From assembly GCA_965223545.1 (NCBI GenBank), contig OZ245006.1, positions 1,056,001 to 1,120,000 on the forward strand: a stretch of DNA of 64,000 nt, in the 5' to 3' direction. The notes below the pieces were generated by a model, which was not told the DNA's origin, searched no databases, and worked only from the letters and a program-made list of their open reading frames with translations. Source of the DNA: Planctomycetota bacterium. Lineage in GTDB: Bacteria; Planctomycetota; UBA1135; UBA2386. Below, piece by piece: positions 10,052 to 18,569 of the stretch (position 1 is its first letter; each line of letters begins with the position of its first letter). The position numbers and the translations under genes are program-made.

Positions 10052-10719
10052 ACGCCCCGATGGATCCCCGTGAGCATCGCCGCCAAGCGCTCGAGCACGT
10101 CGCTCTCGACGCGATCGGCGCGCTCTCCAGCACCGACGACGGCGTCTGGGTCCGCAGCCACCTCGAGGCCGGCTGCGACATCTGCGCCGCGGCCGCGAAC
10201 CGCGTCGAGACCGTCTTCGACGAGCTGTTGCTGGCCGCACCCGCTGTCGAGCCGCCCGCCCGATTGCGCCACCGCCTGCTCGCCGGACTGGAAGCGCGAG
10301 ACCAAACCGAGGAAGCCCCGCAGCCCGAGCATCGGCCCGACGACAGCCCCACGCAGATCTGGAATCGCTGGATCGCCAGCGAGCCGAAGTTCTACACCCT
10401 ACCGGCCTCCGAACACGGCTGGCAGGAGATCGATGTCCCCGGCATCTCGGTGCGCCAGCTGCACGTCGACGAGCTGCGCGACCAAGTCACGATGCTGATC
10501 CGCATGGCGGCGGGCACGTCCTATCCCGCCCACCGCCACGGCGGCGACGAGCAGTGCTACGTGCTGGCCGGTGACCTGCGCGTCGAAGACGAGGTGCTCG
10601 GCGCAGGCGACTACCAGTTCGCCCCCGAGGGCAGCCTGCACGGGGTGCAGCGCACCGACGGCGGCTGCACCTTGCTCATCGTGTCGTCTCGAAACGACCA
10701 GTTGTTGACTCCCGACTGA
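10048..10719 (+). CDS. Anti-sigma factor with zinc-binding motif and ChrR-like cupin
   Basis: ATGA overlap with the sigma gene; HLEAGCDIC (ZAS-like); cupin YPAHRHGGDEQCYVLAG...H. Confidence 0.85.
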   Translation: MNAPMDPREHRRQALEHVALDAIGALSSTDDGVWVRSHLEAGCDICAAAANRVETVFDELLLAAPAVEPPARLRHRLLAGLEARDQTEEAPQPEHRPDDSPTQIWNRWIASEPKFYTLPASEHGWQEIDVPGISVRQLHVDELRDQVTMLIRMAAGTSYPAHRHGGDEQCYVLAGDLRVEDEVLGAGDYQFAPEGSLHGVQRTDGGCTLLIVSSRNDQLLTPD

Positions 10720-10799
10720 CCAGCCCCACACACCGCTGGTCGGCACTCGAAACCGCGCCTCCACAGGGTGCGGTCCGTACCCACCGCCGACGAAAAGCC

Positions 10800-12092
10800 A
10801 TGACTCCGATGCGTTCCCTCTCCCTGTTCACCACGCTGGCGCTCGCCGCCTGCACTGCCGAGGTGCCCGCTCCCGCCGCGAACGCCGCCGCGTCTCTCAA
10901 CCCCGATCCGTGGCGGATCGTCCTCGCCCCGCAAGGCGGCGACAGCGAAGTCGACGTGCGCATCGCGCGCTGTCAAACCGAGGTCGAGCGCGCCACCGAT
11001 CCGGTCCCCCACCTCGAACGGCTCGGCTTCCTGTTCGTCAACAAGGCGCGCACGACCTTCGACGCCGGCTACTACAAGCTCGCCGAACAGTGTGCCGACT
11101 GCATCGAGGAGCGCCAGCCGGACGCACCCGCGGCGCTGCTCCTGCGGGGCCACGTGCTACAGAGCCTGCACCACTTCGAACGCGCCGAGGGCATCGCGCG
11201 CCAGCTGGTCGCGGCGCGTGGCAACTTCCTCGATCACGGCTTGCTCGGTGACGTGCTGCTCGACCGCGGCGACCTCGAGGGCGCGCTCGACAGCTATCAG
11301 GCGATGCTCGACCTCAAGCCCTGCTTGCAGTCGTACTCGCGCGCGGCGCGCGCCCGTTGGCTGCGCGGCGACGTGGACGGAGCCATCGTACTCATGCGCC
11401 TGGCGGTCGGCGCCGGCAGCCACCGCGATCCCGAGCCGTTGGCCTGGAGCTACGCCTGGCTGTCGACGATCGAGCTGCAGAACGGCGAGCTCGACGCGGC
11501 GGCCCGCTCGGTACGGCGGGCCCTCGAGCTCCTCCCCGACTACGCCCCCGCACTCCTCGCCGACGCACGCGTGCGACAGCACCGCGGTGACCGACAGGGC
11601 GCGTTGCAGCAGCTGCGCCAAGCTGCCGGCCAGCGCCCGGAGCCAGAGTACCTGTGGGCACTCGCGGACGCGCTGCGCGCGCACGGCGATGCTCCGGAGG
11701 CGGCGCGCGTCGAGGCCGAGCTCGAAGCGACCGGCGCCAGCGCCGATCCGCGCACCTACGCGCTCTACCTCGCCACCCGCCGGCGCCTGCCCGAGCAGGC
11801 CCTGCGGCTGGTCGGCGGCGAGCTCGACCAGCGGCACGACGTGCACACGCACGACGCACACGCGTGGGCGCTGCACGCCGCCGGCCAAACCAGCGCCGCC
11901 CGCGCCGCTGCGCGCAAAGCACTGGCGGCCGGCACCGAAGACGCGCGGCTGTTCTACCACGCCGGGGTGATCGCGGCCGCCGCCGGCGACGGCGAACAGG
12001 CCCGCGCACTGCTGGCGCGCGCCGACGCCCTGCGCGCCCTGCTGCTGCCATCCGAGCAGAGCGAGGTCGACCAGCACCTCGCGCGCCTCTAG
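10800..12092 (+). CDS. TPR-repeat lipoprotein
   Basis: Lipobox LAAC; multiple TPR-like helices; sits next to DUF4331, a familiar pairing. Confidence 0.82.
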   Translation: MTPMRSLSLFTTLALAACTAEVPAPAANAAASLNPDPWRIVLAPQGGDSEVDVRIARCQTEVERATDPVPHLERLGFLFVNKARTTFDAGYYKLAEQCADCIEERQPDAPAALLLRGHVLQSLHHFERAEGIARQLVAARGNFLDHGLLGDVLLDRGDLEGALDSYQAMLDLKPCLQSYSRAARARWLRGDVDGAIVLMRLAVGAGSHRDPEPLAWSYAWLSTIELQNGELDAAARSVRRALELLPDYAPALLADARVRQHRGDRQGALQQLRQAAGQRPEPEYLWALADALRAHGDAPEAARVEAELEATGASADPRTYALYLATRRRLPEQALRLVGGELDQRHDVHTHDAHAWALHAAGQTSAARAAARKALAAGTEDARLFYHAGVIAAAAGDGEQARALLARADALRALLLPSEQSEVDQHLARL

Positions 12093-12217
12093 CTGAACCA
12101 CCCCAGCGCCCCGCACTCGGCGCGGAGACGACCACCGACCCAACGTCGGGCGGTGGCGGTCCGCGTCGTGTTCTTCAAACCACCCCCAACTCCATACACA
12201 CATCTGGAGACCCATTC

Positions 12218-13669
12218 ATGCAACGCAATCGCTCCCCGCTCCTCTGTCTCGCTGCCGGCCTGGCCGCAGCCGCCTTGCCGAGCAACGCGGCAGCTTCCAG
12301 CCACATGGACGCACCGCTGATCACCCTGGATGACGCCGCGAACACCACCGACGTGTACGCGTTCGTCAGCGTGGACCCGGTCGGCAACAAGTACCTCACC
12401 ACCGCGCTCTCGGTCTACCCGTTCGAAGAGCCGGGCATCGGCCCCAACAAGTACAACTTCGACGACGACGTGCTCTACGGCATCCATCTGGCGGCCGGTC
12501 CGGACTTGGGGCAGGGCAAGCCGACGTTCAGCTACTACCTGCAGTTCGACACGTCATACAAGAACACCAAGACCATCTTGCAGTCGTACACCGGCGTGGT
12601 GAACGACGTCGACGACGCTGCGCAGAACCTGACGCAGCGCTACACGGTGACGGCGATCGACCTGCGCGCGGGTGGCCGCGGCACCCGCGTGCTCGGCGCC
12701 GGCGTGGTGCCACCCAACAATCAGGGCAACGCCACTCCGGAGTACAACGTCGGCGGCGGCGAAGGCGTCGCCAAGGACGGCGTCGCCAGCGTTCAGCAGC
12801 TCGACAAGTACACCGCGCAGAGCATCGCCGCCCTCGGCGAGGGACACCACAGCTTCGCCGGCCAGCGCGACGACGGCTTCTACGGCGACATCCAGGCGGT
12901 GTTCGACCTGCTGTCGCTGCGCAACCCCGGCGTCGACTCCCAGCACGGCTTCAACGTGCACACCATCGTGCTGCAGATCCCGATGGCGGCGATCGGCGGT
13001 GATCAACAGATGGTCGGCGTCTGGGGCACCACCGCCCGGCGGCAGGTCAACGTCCGCGCCGCCGACCGCCAGCGCATCCAGCTCGGCCGCTTCGTGCAGG
13101 TCGGACGCCAGGGCAACCCGCTGTTCTGCGAGGGCTTCGTCGCGATCGAGGACAAGGACCGCTACAATCGCACCGGACCCGACGTCGACAGCACACTGTT
13201 CCGGAAGTACGCCGAGACCCCGGAGCTCGCGGCGCTGCTCAACGCGATCGTGTTCAAGGGCGCGCCGATCTCCGGGATCGAGACCAACCGCACCGACCTC
13301 GCCGGGATCTTCATTCCCGATGTGATCAAGGTCGACCTCTCGACCGGCCCGGTGCCGCTCGCCGGCGGCGGCCCGAACCATCCGACCAACCCGGACGATC
13401 CCGGCTTCTCGCGGCTGAGCGTGTTCGGCGGCGACACGATCTTCAGCCCGCTGCAACAGCAGATGGTGCCCAGCGGCTGGCCGAACGGCCGCCGCTTCGG
13501 TGACGACGTGGTCGACATCGGGGTCTCCGCCGTGATCAGCGATCTGCGCGGCACCAACCCCGTGATCCGTACCGCCGGCGACAACGTCGACGGCAACGAA
13601 ATCGCCTACAGCAAGGTGATGCCGTACGCGGCCACGCCGCTCAACGGCCGCAACCACAGCCACCACTGA
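12218..13669 (+). CDS. DUF4331 family secreted protein
   Basis: GGAG RBS; signal peptide then ASSHMDAPLI..D..AN.TDVYAF; FAGQRDDGFY; GWPNGRRFGDDVVD; ends NHSHH. Confidence 0.88.
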   Translation: MQRNRSPLLCLAAGLAAAALPSNAAASSHMDAPLITLDDAANTTDVYAFVSVDPVGNKYLTTALSVYPFEEPGIGPNKYNFDDDVLYGIHLAAGPDLGQGKPTFSYYLQFDTSYKNTKTILQSYTGVVNDVDDAAQNLTQRYTVTAIDLRAGGRGTRVLGAGVVPPNNQGNATPEYNVGGGEGVAKDGVASVQQLDKYTAQSIAALGEGHHSFAGQRDDGFYGDIQAVFDLLSLRNPGVDSQHGFNVHTIVLQIPMAAIGGDQQMVGVWGTTARRQVNVRAADRQRIQLGRFVQVGRQGNPLFCEGFVAIEDKDRYNRTGPDVDSTLFRKYAETPELAALLNAIVFKGAPISGIETNRTDLAGIFIPDVIKVDLSTGPVPLAGGGPNHPTNPDDPGFSRLSVFGGDTIFSPLQQQMVPSGWPNGRRFGDDVVDIGVSAVISDLRGTNPVIRTAGDNVDGNEIAYSKVMPYAATPLNGRNHSHH

Positions 13670-13677
13670 CCCCGACC

Positions 13678-13706
13678 GCGCGGGCACGGGAACGCCGTGC
13701 CCGCGC
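13678..13706 (+). terminator. 12-bp perfect stem-loop after DUF4331 (no U-tract; stabiliser or attenuator)
   Basis: GCGCGGGCACGG-gaacg-CCGTGCCCGCGC. Confidence 0.5.
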
Positions 13707-13757
13707 CAACCACCCCACACACCTTCGCTTCCCCACACACCTTCCGAGACCTCCGTC

Positions 13758-14825
13758 ATGCGCCTGCCCGTTTCGTTGCTGGCTGCTTCCCTGCTCGCCG
13801 CTCCCGTCCTCTCCCACGACCCCGGCCTCAGCGCGGCGTCGGTCCGCGCCGGCGCCACCGCGATCGAGGTCGACGTCTCGCTCAGCAACGCCGACGCGGC
13901 CGGCGCCCTGCCCGCCGACCTGGACGGGGACGGCGCGATCTCGGCTGCCGAGCTGCACCGTGCGCGCGGGGAGTTGCAGGCGTACTTCGCGGCCCACCCC
14001 GTTCTGACCATCGGCGACGCCATCCCGGAGCTGGTCTCCGCCGCCTTCGCCATCGGCGACGAGCGCGACGTCGTCTGCCGGCTGCGCTACGCGCGAGCCG
14101 AAGACGGGGCGCTGACCTACTCGGCGCCGCTGCTCGAAACGCTGCCGCGCGGCCACCGGCAGTACGCGGCAATCTACGATGGCGCCGGCGGGCGCCGCGC
14201 CGAAGCGGTGCTACACCGCGGTCATCCGGGCCTGCGCGCATCGTTGGACGGCGGCACCGATGCCAGCCGCAACGCCGGAGCCTTTGCCTTCGCGGTGCTC
14301 GGCGTCGAGCACATCCTGATCGGTTACGACCACATCCTGTTCCTGCTGGCCTTGCTGCTCGCGACGCCGTCGCTGCGCTCCGCGCTGTTGGTCATCACGA
14401 CCTTCACGGTGGCGCATTCGGCGACGCTCGCGGTGGCGACCCTGGACCTCGTTCGTCTACCAGGTTCGCTGGTCGAAGCGGTGATCGCCGCCTCGATCCT
14501 CTGGGTGGCCGCCGACAACCTGCGCCGCCGTGGCTCGGGCGCGCGCCTCGGAGTGACCTTCGGCTTCGGCCTGGTGCACGGCTTCGGCTTTGCCTCGGTG
14601 CTGCGGGACCTCGGCATCGCCGAGGCCGGTGGCGTGGTGCTGCCGCTGTTGTCGTTCAACGCCGGGGTCGAGCTCGGCCAGCTGGCGATCGCCGCCCTGG
14701 CACTGCCGATCCTGCACCGCTTGGCCCGCCGCCCGACGTTCCGGTCGCGGATCCTGCCGGCCGCGTCCTGCACCGTGGGCGCGATCGGTGCGTGGTGGCT
14801 GCTCGAACGGACCCTGCTCGGTTAG
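13758..14825 (+). CDS. HupE/UreJ family membrane protein (putative metal transporter) with N-terminal periplasmic domain
   Basis: Signal peptide followed by HD; EF-hand-like DLDGDGAISAAE; GVEHILIGYDHILF, FTVAHS, FGLVHGFGFA, FNAGVELGQ. Confidence 0.9.
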   Translation: MRLPVSLLAASLLAAPVLSHDPGLSAASVRAGATAIEVDVSLSNADAAGALPADLDGDGAISAAELHRARGELQAYFAAHPVLTIGDAIPELVSAAFAIGDERDVVCRLRYARAEDGALTYSAPLLETLPRGHRQYAAIYDGAGGRRAEAVLHRGHPGLRASLDGGTDASRNAGAFAFAVLGVEHILIGYDHILFLLALLLATPSLRSALLVITTFTVAHSATLAVATLDLVRLPGSLVEAVIAASILWVAADNLRRRGSGARLGVTFGFGLVHGFGFASVLRDLGIAEAGGVVLPLLSFNAGVELGQLAIAALALPILHRLARRPTFRSRILPAASCTVGAIGAWWLLERTLLG

Positions 14826-14838
14826 GGAGACGGCCGCC

Positions 14839-16050
14839 ATGCGCACATCGATCTGCACGCCGCCCGCGGGCGGAGCTGCTACCCGAACCCCAACTCTCGG
14901 CGCGGCATTCGCCGCGCTCGCCGTCGCCGCGGGAGCCACCGCGCGCACACAGGAACCCGGGACCAAAGCCCTGCTCACCGAGCCGGCCACCGCGACGCTC
15001 GACGCGCGGCGCTACGGCTTCGAACTCGAAGCGGATCTCACCAGTGAGCTGACGCGCACGAGCTCGCCCGCTTCGGGGAGCCGGGGATCTGGACGCGGCC
15101 TGCTCTCGGTTCGCCTGTCCGCCGACCTCGAACGCACGCTGCGCTTGCCCGGCCTGCACGCGTTCGCCGACTACCGCAGCACGCGCGGCCGACCGACGGA
15201 CACCGGCGACCTGCAGGGCCTGTCCGGCATCGAGGCCGAAGACTCCGATCAGCTCGCCGAGCTGTGGCTCGAACAGCGCGTGGCCGGCGACTCCACCACA
15301 GTCCGCTGGGGCGTGCTGGACGCGAACCGCGAGTTCGCGGCCGTCGACGCCGCGGGCAACTTCGCGACCGCCAGCATCGGCACATCGCCGACCCTCCTCG
15401 GTATGCCCAGCTGGCCCGCCACCGCGCCGGGCATCGAGCTGCACATCGAGACCGCGGCGGGGCTGAGCATCGGCGCCGGCTTCTACGACACCCGCCACGC
15501 GGCACCGCTGAGCGCGGCCTCCCACGGGGCCGCCCTGCCGGCGGACTGGTTCGCCGTGCTGCAGACCGGCCTCGTGTGGCGGAGTGGCCGGCTGGCCGTC
15601 GGCGGCTGGCGCTCCGAGGCGCGCTCCCCGCGCTTCGCTGGCAGCACCCGTGCGGGCGCCGGCGGCGTCTACGTGCTCGGTGAACAACAGCTGTGGCGCG
15701 AGCACCGCGGTTGGCCCGAATCGGCCGAGGGACTGCGCGCATTCGGCCTGGTTGCGGCGACGGATGGCGCGATCGCTCCAGCGGCGCGCCACGCGATGGC
15801 GGGACTGACCTACGTCGGGGCATTGCCCGGTCGGCCGGCCGACGAGATCGGCCTGGCACTCAGCCACGTCGTGCCCGGCACGCCGGCCGAAGCAGCACCC
15901 CTGCGCGACGAGAGGGTGGCGGAGCTCTACTACCGCGTCGCGCTCGGCGAGCGCACGGCACTGCAAGTCGGCGTGCAACACATCGCGCACGCCGGCGGTG
16001 GCGCTGCCGACGCGTGGGCGCTGGGCGTTCGCTGCGAATTGGCGTTCTGA
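14839..16050 (+). CDS. OprB-family outer-membrane porin
   Basis: GDLQGLSGIEA, QLAELWLEQ, G.LDANREF, GRPADEIGLA, ELYYR, C-terminal Phe. Confidence 0.8.
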   Translation: MRTSICTPPAGGAATRTPTLGAAFAALAVAAGATARTQEPGTKALLTEPATATLDARRYGFELEADLTSELTRTSSPASGSRGSGRGLLSVRLSADLERTLRLPGLHAFADYRSTRGRPTDTGDLQGLSGIEAEDSDQLAELWLEQRVAGDSTTVRWGVLDANREFAAVDAAGNFATASIGTSPTLLGMPSWPATAPGIELHIETAAGLSIGAGFYDTRHAAPLSAASHGAALPADWFAVLQTGLVWRSGRLAVGGWRSEARSPRFAGSTRAGAGGVYVLGEQQLWREHRGWPESAEGLRAFGLVAATDGAIAPAARHAMAGLTYVGALPGRPADEIGLALSHVVPGTPAEAAPLRDERVAELYYRVALGERTALQVGVQHIAHAGGGAADAWALGVRCELAF

Positions 16051-16490
16051 CGGCCTTGGGAAGTGTTGTCGCCGCGCGAAGACTTGCGGACCCTGAGGCT
16101 CAGCGCGGCCACGTCCGCAACCAACTCGGATGCCGCTTTTGCCGGAGCGGCTTAGTAGGTCCGACCCATCCGCCGCCGCGCTGAGCCAGGAGGCACTGTC
16201 TCTCCGAGCCTCCGGCGCGGCGGCGACGTTGCCATGTCGGCGGCGTCGCCTCGAAAATGTTGTCGAAGCTCGAAGAGTCGAGGCGCCGGAGGCTCAGCGC
16301 GGCCACGTCCGCAACCAACTCGGATGCCGCTTTTGCCGGAGCGGCTTGGTAGGTCCGACCCATCCGCCGCCGCGCTGAGCCAGGAGGCACTGTCTCTCCG
16401 AGCCTCCGGCGCGGCGGCGACGTTGCCATGTCGGCGGCGTCGCCTCGAGAATGTTGTCGAAGCTCGAAGGTTCGAGGCGCCGGAGGCTCA
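16051..16490 (-). repeat. Tandem array of 194-bp palindrome-rich intergenic repeats (2 near-identical units plus a partial unit)
   Basis: GAGGCTCA recurs at 16095, 16289 and 16483; the units differ at only a few bases; same family as 49432-50026. Confidence 0.92.
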
Positions 16491-17624
16491 GGACAGCGGC
16501 CACCCCGCCGCGCACCACTCGCGCAGGCGCCGCCGCAGCGCGTCGCGCACCCGGCGAAACGCCGCCAACCGGGCCTCGTCGTCGGCGGCGGCCGGGTCCT
16601 CGTGCGGCCAGTGCAGCCGCGCGACCCCGGCCCCGGGCACGGCGGGACAGACCTCCTCCGCGCAGAGGGTGATCACCACGTCGAACGACGCTACGTCCAC
16701 CGCGGCCACCGACGACGAGCTCGCCTGAGAGATGTCGATGCCGATCTCGCGGAGCGCGCGCACGGCGAGCGGATGGACTCCCTTGGGCTGCGACCCGGCG
16801 CTGGCGACGACGCTGCCGGCGGGCAGCGTGGCGCGCGCCAGACCCTCCGCCATCTGACTGCGGGCCGAGTTGCCGACGCAGAGGAACAGTGTCCGCGGCG
16901 CAACCTCGGCGTTTCTCCCGTTCTCGGACAGCCGAGTACCCGTGGATGTCCTGATGCTCGCGGCAATGCGGTCAGGGTTCATGCCCATATGATACGCGAC
17001 GAGGGCGGTCGCGTTGCGCGCGGTCTCCGACAGGACGCCGCGCCGCTGCCAAGCGCGCGCCGAGACCAGCACCGCCTCTGCCACGGTGCGCACCGCCCCG
17101 AACCTCCGCGCGCGGCGCACCAAGTCGAGGTCCTCCATCGCGCGGAGTGGCGCGAATCCGCCGAGCTGCCGGTAGGTTTCGGCGCGCAGAAACAAGCCCT
17201 GATCGCCGAACGGCAAGGCCAGCCAACGGCAGCGTTGCCGCACGCCCCACTCGACCAGCCGAAGTGCCGGCCGCGGATCGTCGATGCGCAGCGAGAACGC
17301 CCCGAGCGCGACCCGCGGATCGCGCAGCACGCGCTCGACCGCGCCGGTGAAGCCCGCGGGCAGCCGGGCGTCCGCATGCAGGAACAGCAGACTCGGTGCG
17401 CGGGCGGCGCGGGCGCCGGCGGCGAGCTGCGGGCCGCGGCCGGCCGGCGCCCGGACCACGCGCGCTCCGTGCGCCCGCGCCACGTCGGCCGTGCGGTCGA
17501 GGCTGCCGCCGTCGGCGACGATGCACTCGACCCCGGGCGCCCGCGCCGACGCCAACGCGAAGGGCAGCACCGCGGCCTCGTCGATGGCCGGAATGACGAC
17601 GCTGAGGCCAGGCAACACCGGCAC
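16488..17624 (-). CDS. Fusion of GT2 glycosyltransferase (TIGR04283-like) and ArsC thioredoxin-type arsenate reductase
   Basis: GAGG RBS then GTG 17624. GT part: LSVVIPAIDE, ADGGSLD, LFLHADA, PFGDQGLF, AMEDL. ArsC part: LFLCVGNSARSQMAE, SAGS, VITLCAEEVCP, HWPHEDPA. Confidence 0.88.
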   Translation of the reverse strand: MPVLPGLSVVIPAIDEAAVLPFALASARAPGVECIVADGGSLDRTADVARAHGARVVRAPAGRGPQLAAGARAARAPSLLFLHADARLPAGFTGAVERVLRDPRVALGAFSLRIDDPRPALRLVEWGVRQRCRWLALPFGDQGLFLRAETYRQLGGFAPLRAMEDLDLVRRARRFGAVRTVAEAVLVSARAWQRRGVLSETARNATALVAYHMGMNPDRIAASIRTSTGTRLSENGRNAEVAPRTLFLCVGNSARSQMAEGLARATLPAGSVVASAGSQPKGVHPLAVRALREIGIDISQASSSSVAAVDVASFDVVITLCAEEVCPAVPGAGVARLHWPHEDPAAADDEARLAAFRRVRDALRRRLREWCAAGWPLS

Positions 17625-17719
17625 TGTTACCTCGCGATCGACTTCGAGTTCCGCCGCCGCGCGCCAAGAGCCGACCACAACGCTCGCGGAGGGAGACCGA
17701 CACCGTACGCTTGCCCCTC

Positions 17720-18532
17720 ATGGCATCGCTCGCCACACCCACTGTGCGGCCGAGACCGCACGCGCGCGGCCCGGCGGCAGCTCTCCTCCTGCTGGCCTCC
17801 GCGGGCTGCGATTCGATCGACCCCCTGCAGCTCAACTCGGCCTCCGCGCCGGTCCGGCCGGGGGCCCGGGTCGATCACGCGCCGTACGACGCCCTGTTGC
17901 GCACCTTCGTCGCCGCCGACGGAGACGTCGACTACCGCGGCCTCGCCAGCCAACAAGCGGCGCTGCTCTCCTACCTCGAGCAGTACGCCGAAGCCGATCC
18001 CGCACCGCTCTCTCGAGCAGACCGGCTCGCCTATTGGATCAACGCGTACAACGCGATCACCTTGGCCGGCATCGTCCACCACTATCCGACGGCGAGCATC
18101 CGCGACCTGTCGGGCTTCTGGACCCGCATCCTCACCAACTGCGGCGGCCGACTGGTCTCCCTCGACGACATCGAGCACCGCATCCTGCGGCCGATGGGCG
18201 AACCGCGCATCCACGTCGCCATCAACTGCGCCAGTCGCAGCTGTCCGAAGCTCCTCGACCGGGCCTACACGGGAGCCGCGCTGGAGAGCCAGCTGGACCT
18301 GGCGGCGCGCGCGTTCCTCGCCGACCCGGAACGCAACCGCTTCGACAGCGCGACGCGGACCGCGCACCTGTCGAAGATCTTCTCGTGGTTCGGCGAGGAC
18401 CTCGAGGGCGCCCCCTACGGCTCGGTGCGCGGTTTCGTGCGTCGCTACGGCCCGGCACTGCCGTGGTTGGCCGACGATTTCGCGGTTCGCCACCTGGCCT
18501 ACGACTGGAGCCTCAACGAGCAGCGCCAGTAG
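17720..18532 (+). CDS. DUF547 domain lipoprotein
   Basis: Lipobox SAGC; LAYWINAYNA, SLDDIEH.ILR, EPRIH.AINCASRSCP, LSKIFSWF.ED, YDWSLN. Confidence 0.9.
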   Translation: MASLATPTVRPRPHARGPAAALLLLASAGCDSIDPLQLNSASAPVRPGARVDHAPYDALLRTFVAADGDVDYRGLASQQAALLSYLEQYAEADPAPLSRADRLAYWINAYNAITLAGIVHHYPTASIRDLSGFWTRILTNCGGRLVSLDDIEHRILRPMGEPRIHVAINCASRSCPKLLDRAYTGAALESQLDLAARAFLADPERNRFDSATRTAHLSKIFSWFGEDLEGAPYGSVRGFVRRYGPALPWLADDFAVRHLAYDWSLNEQRQ

Positions 18533-18569
18533 CCGAAAGAGCGCGGACGCCTTGGCCCCTCTCCGCTCC

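Noticed and set aside
16051..16490. CRISPR array interpretation of the tandem repeats (also 49432-50026)
   Set aside because: Units are about 200 bp and largely duplicated in full, with no short identical repeats separating unique spacers and no cas genes in the window.
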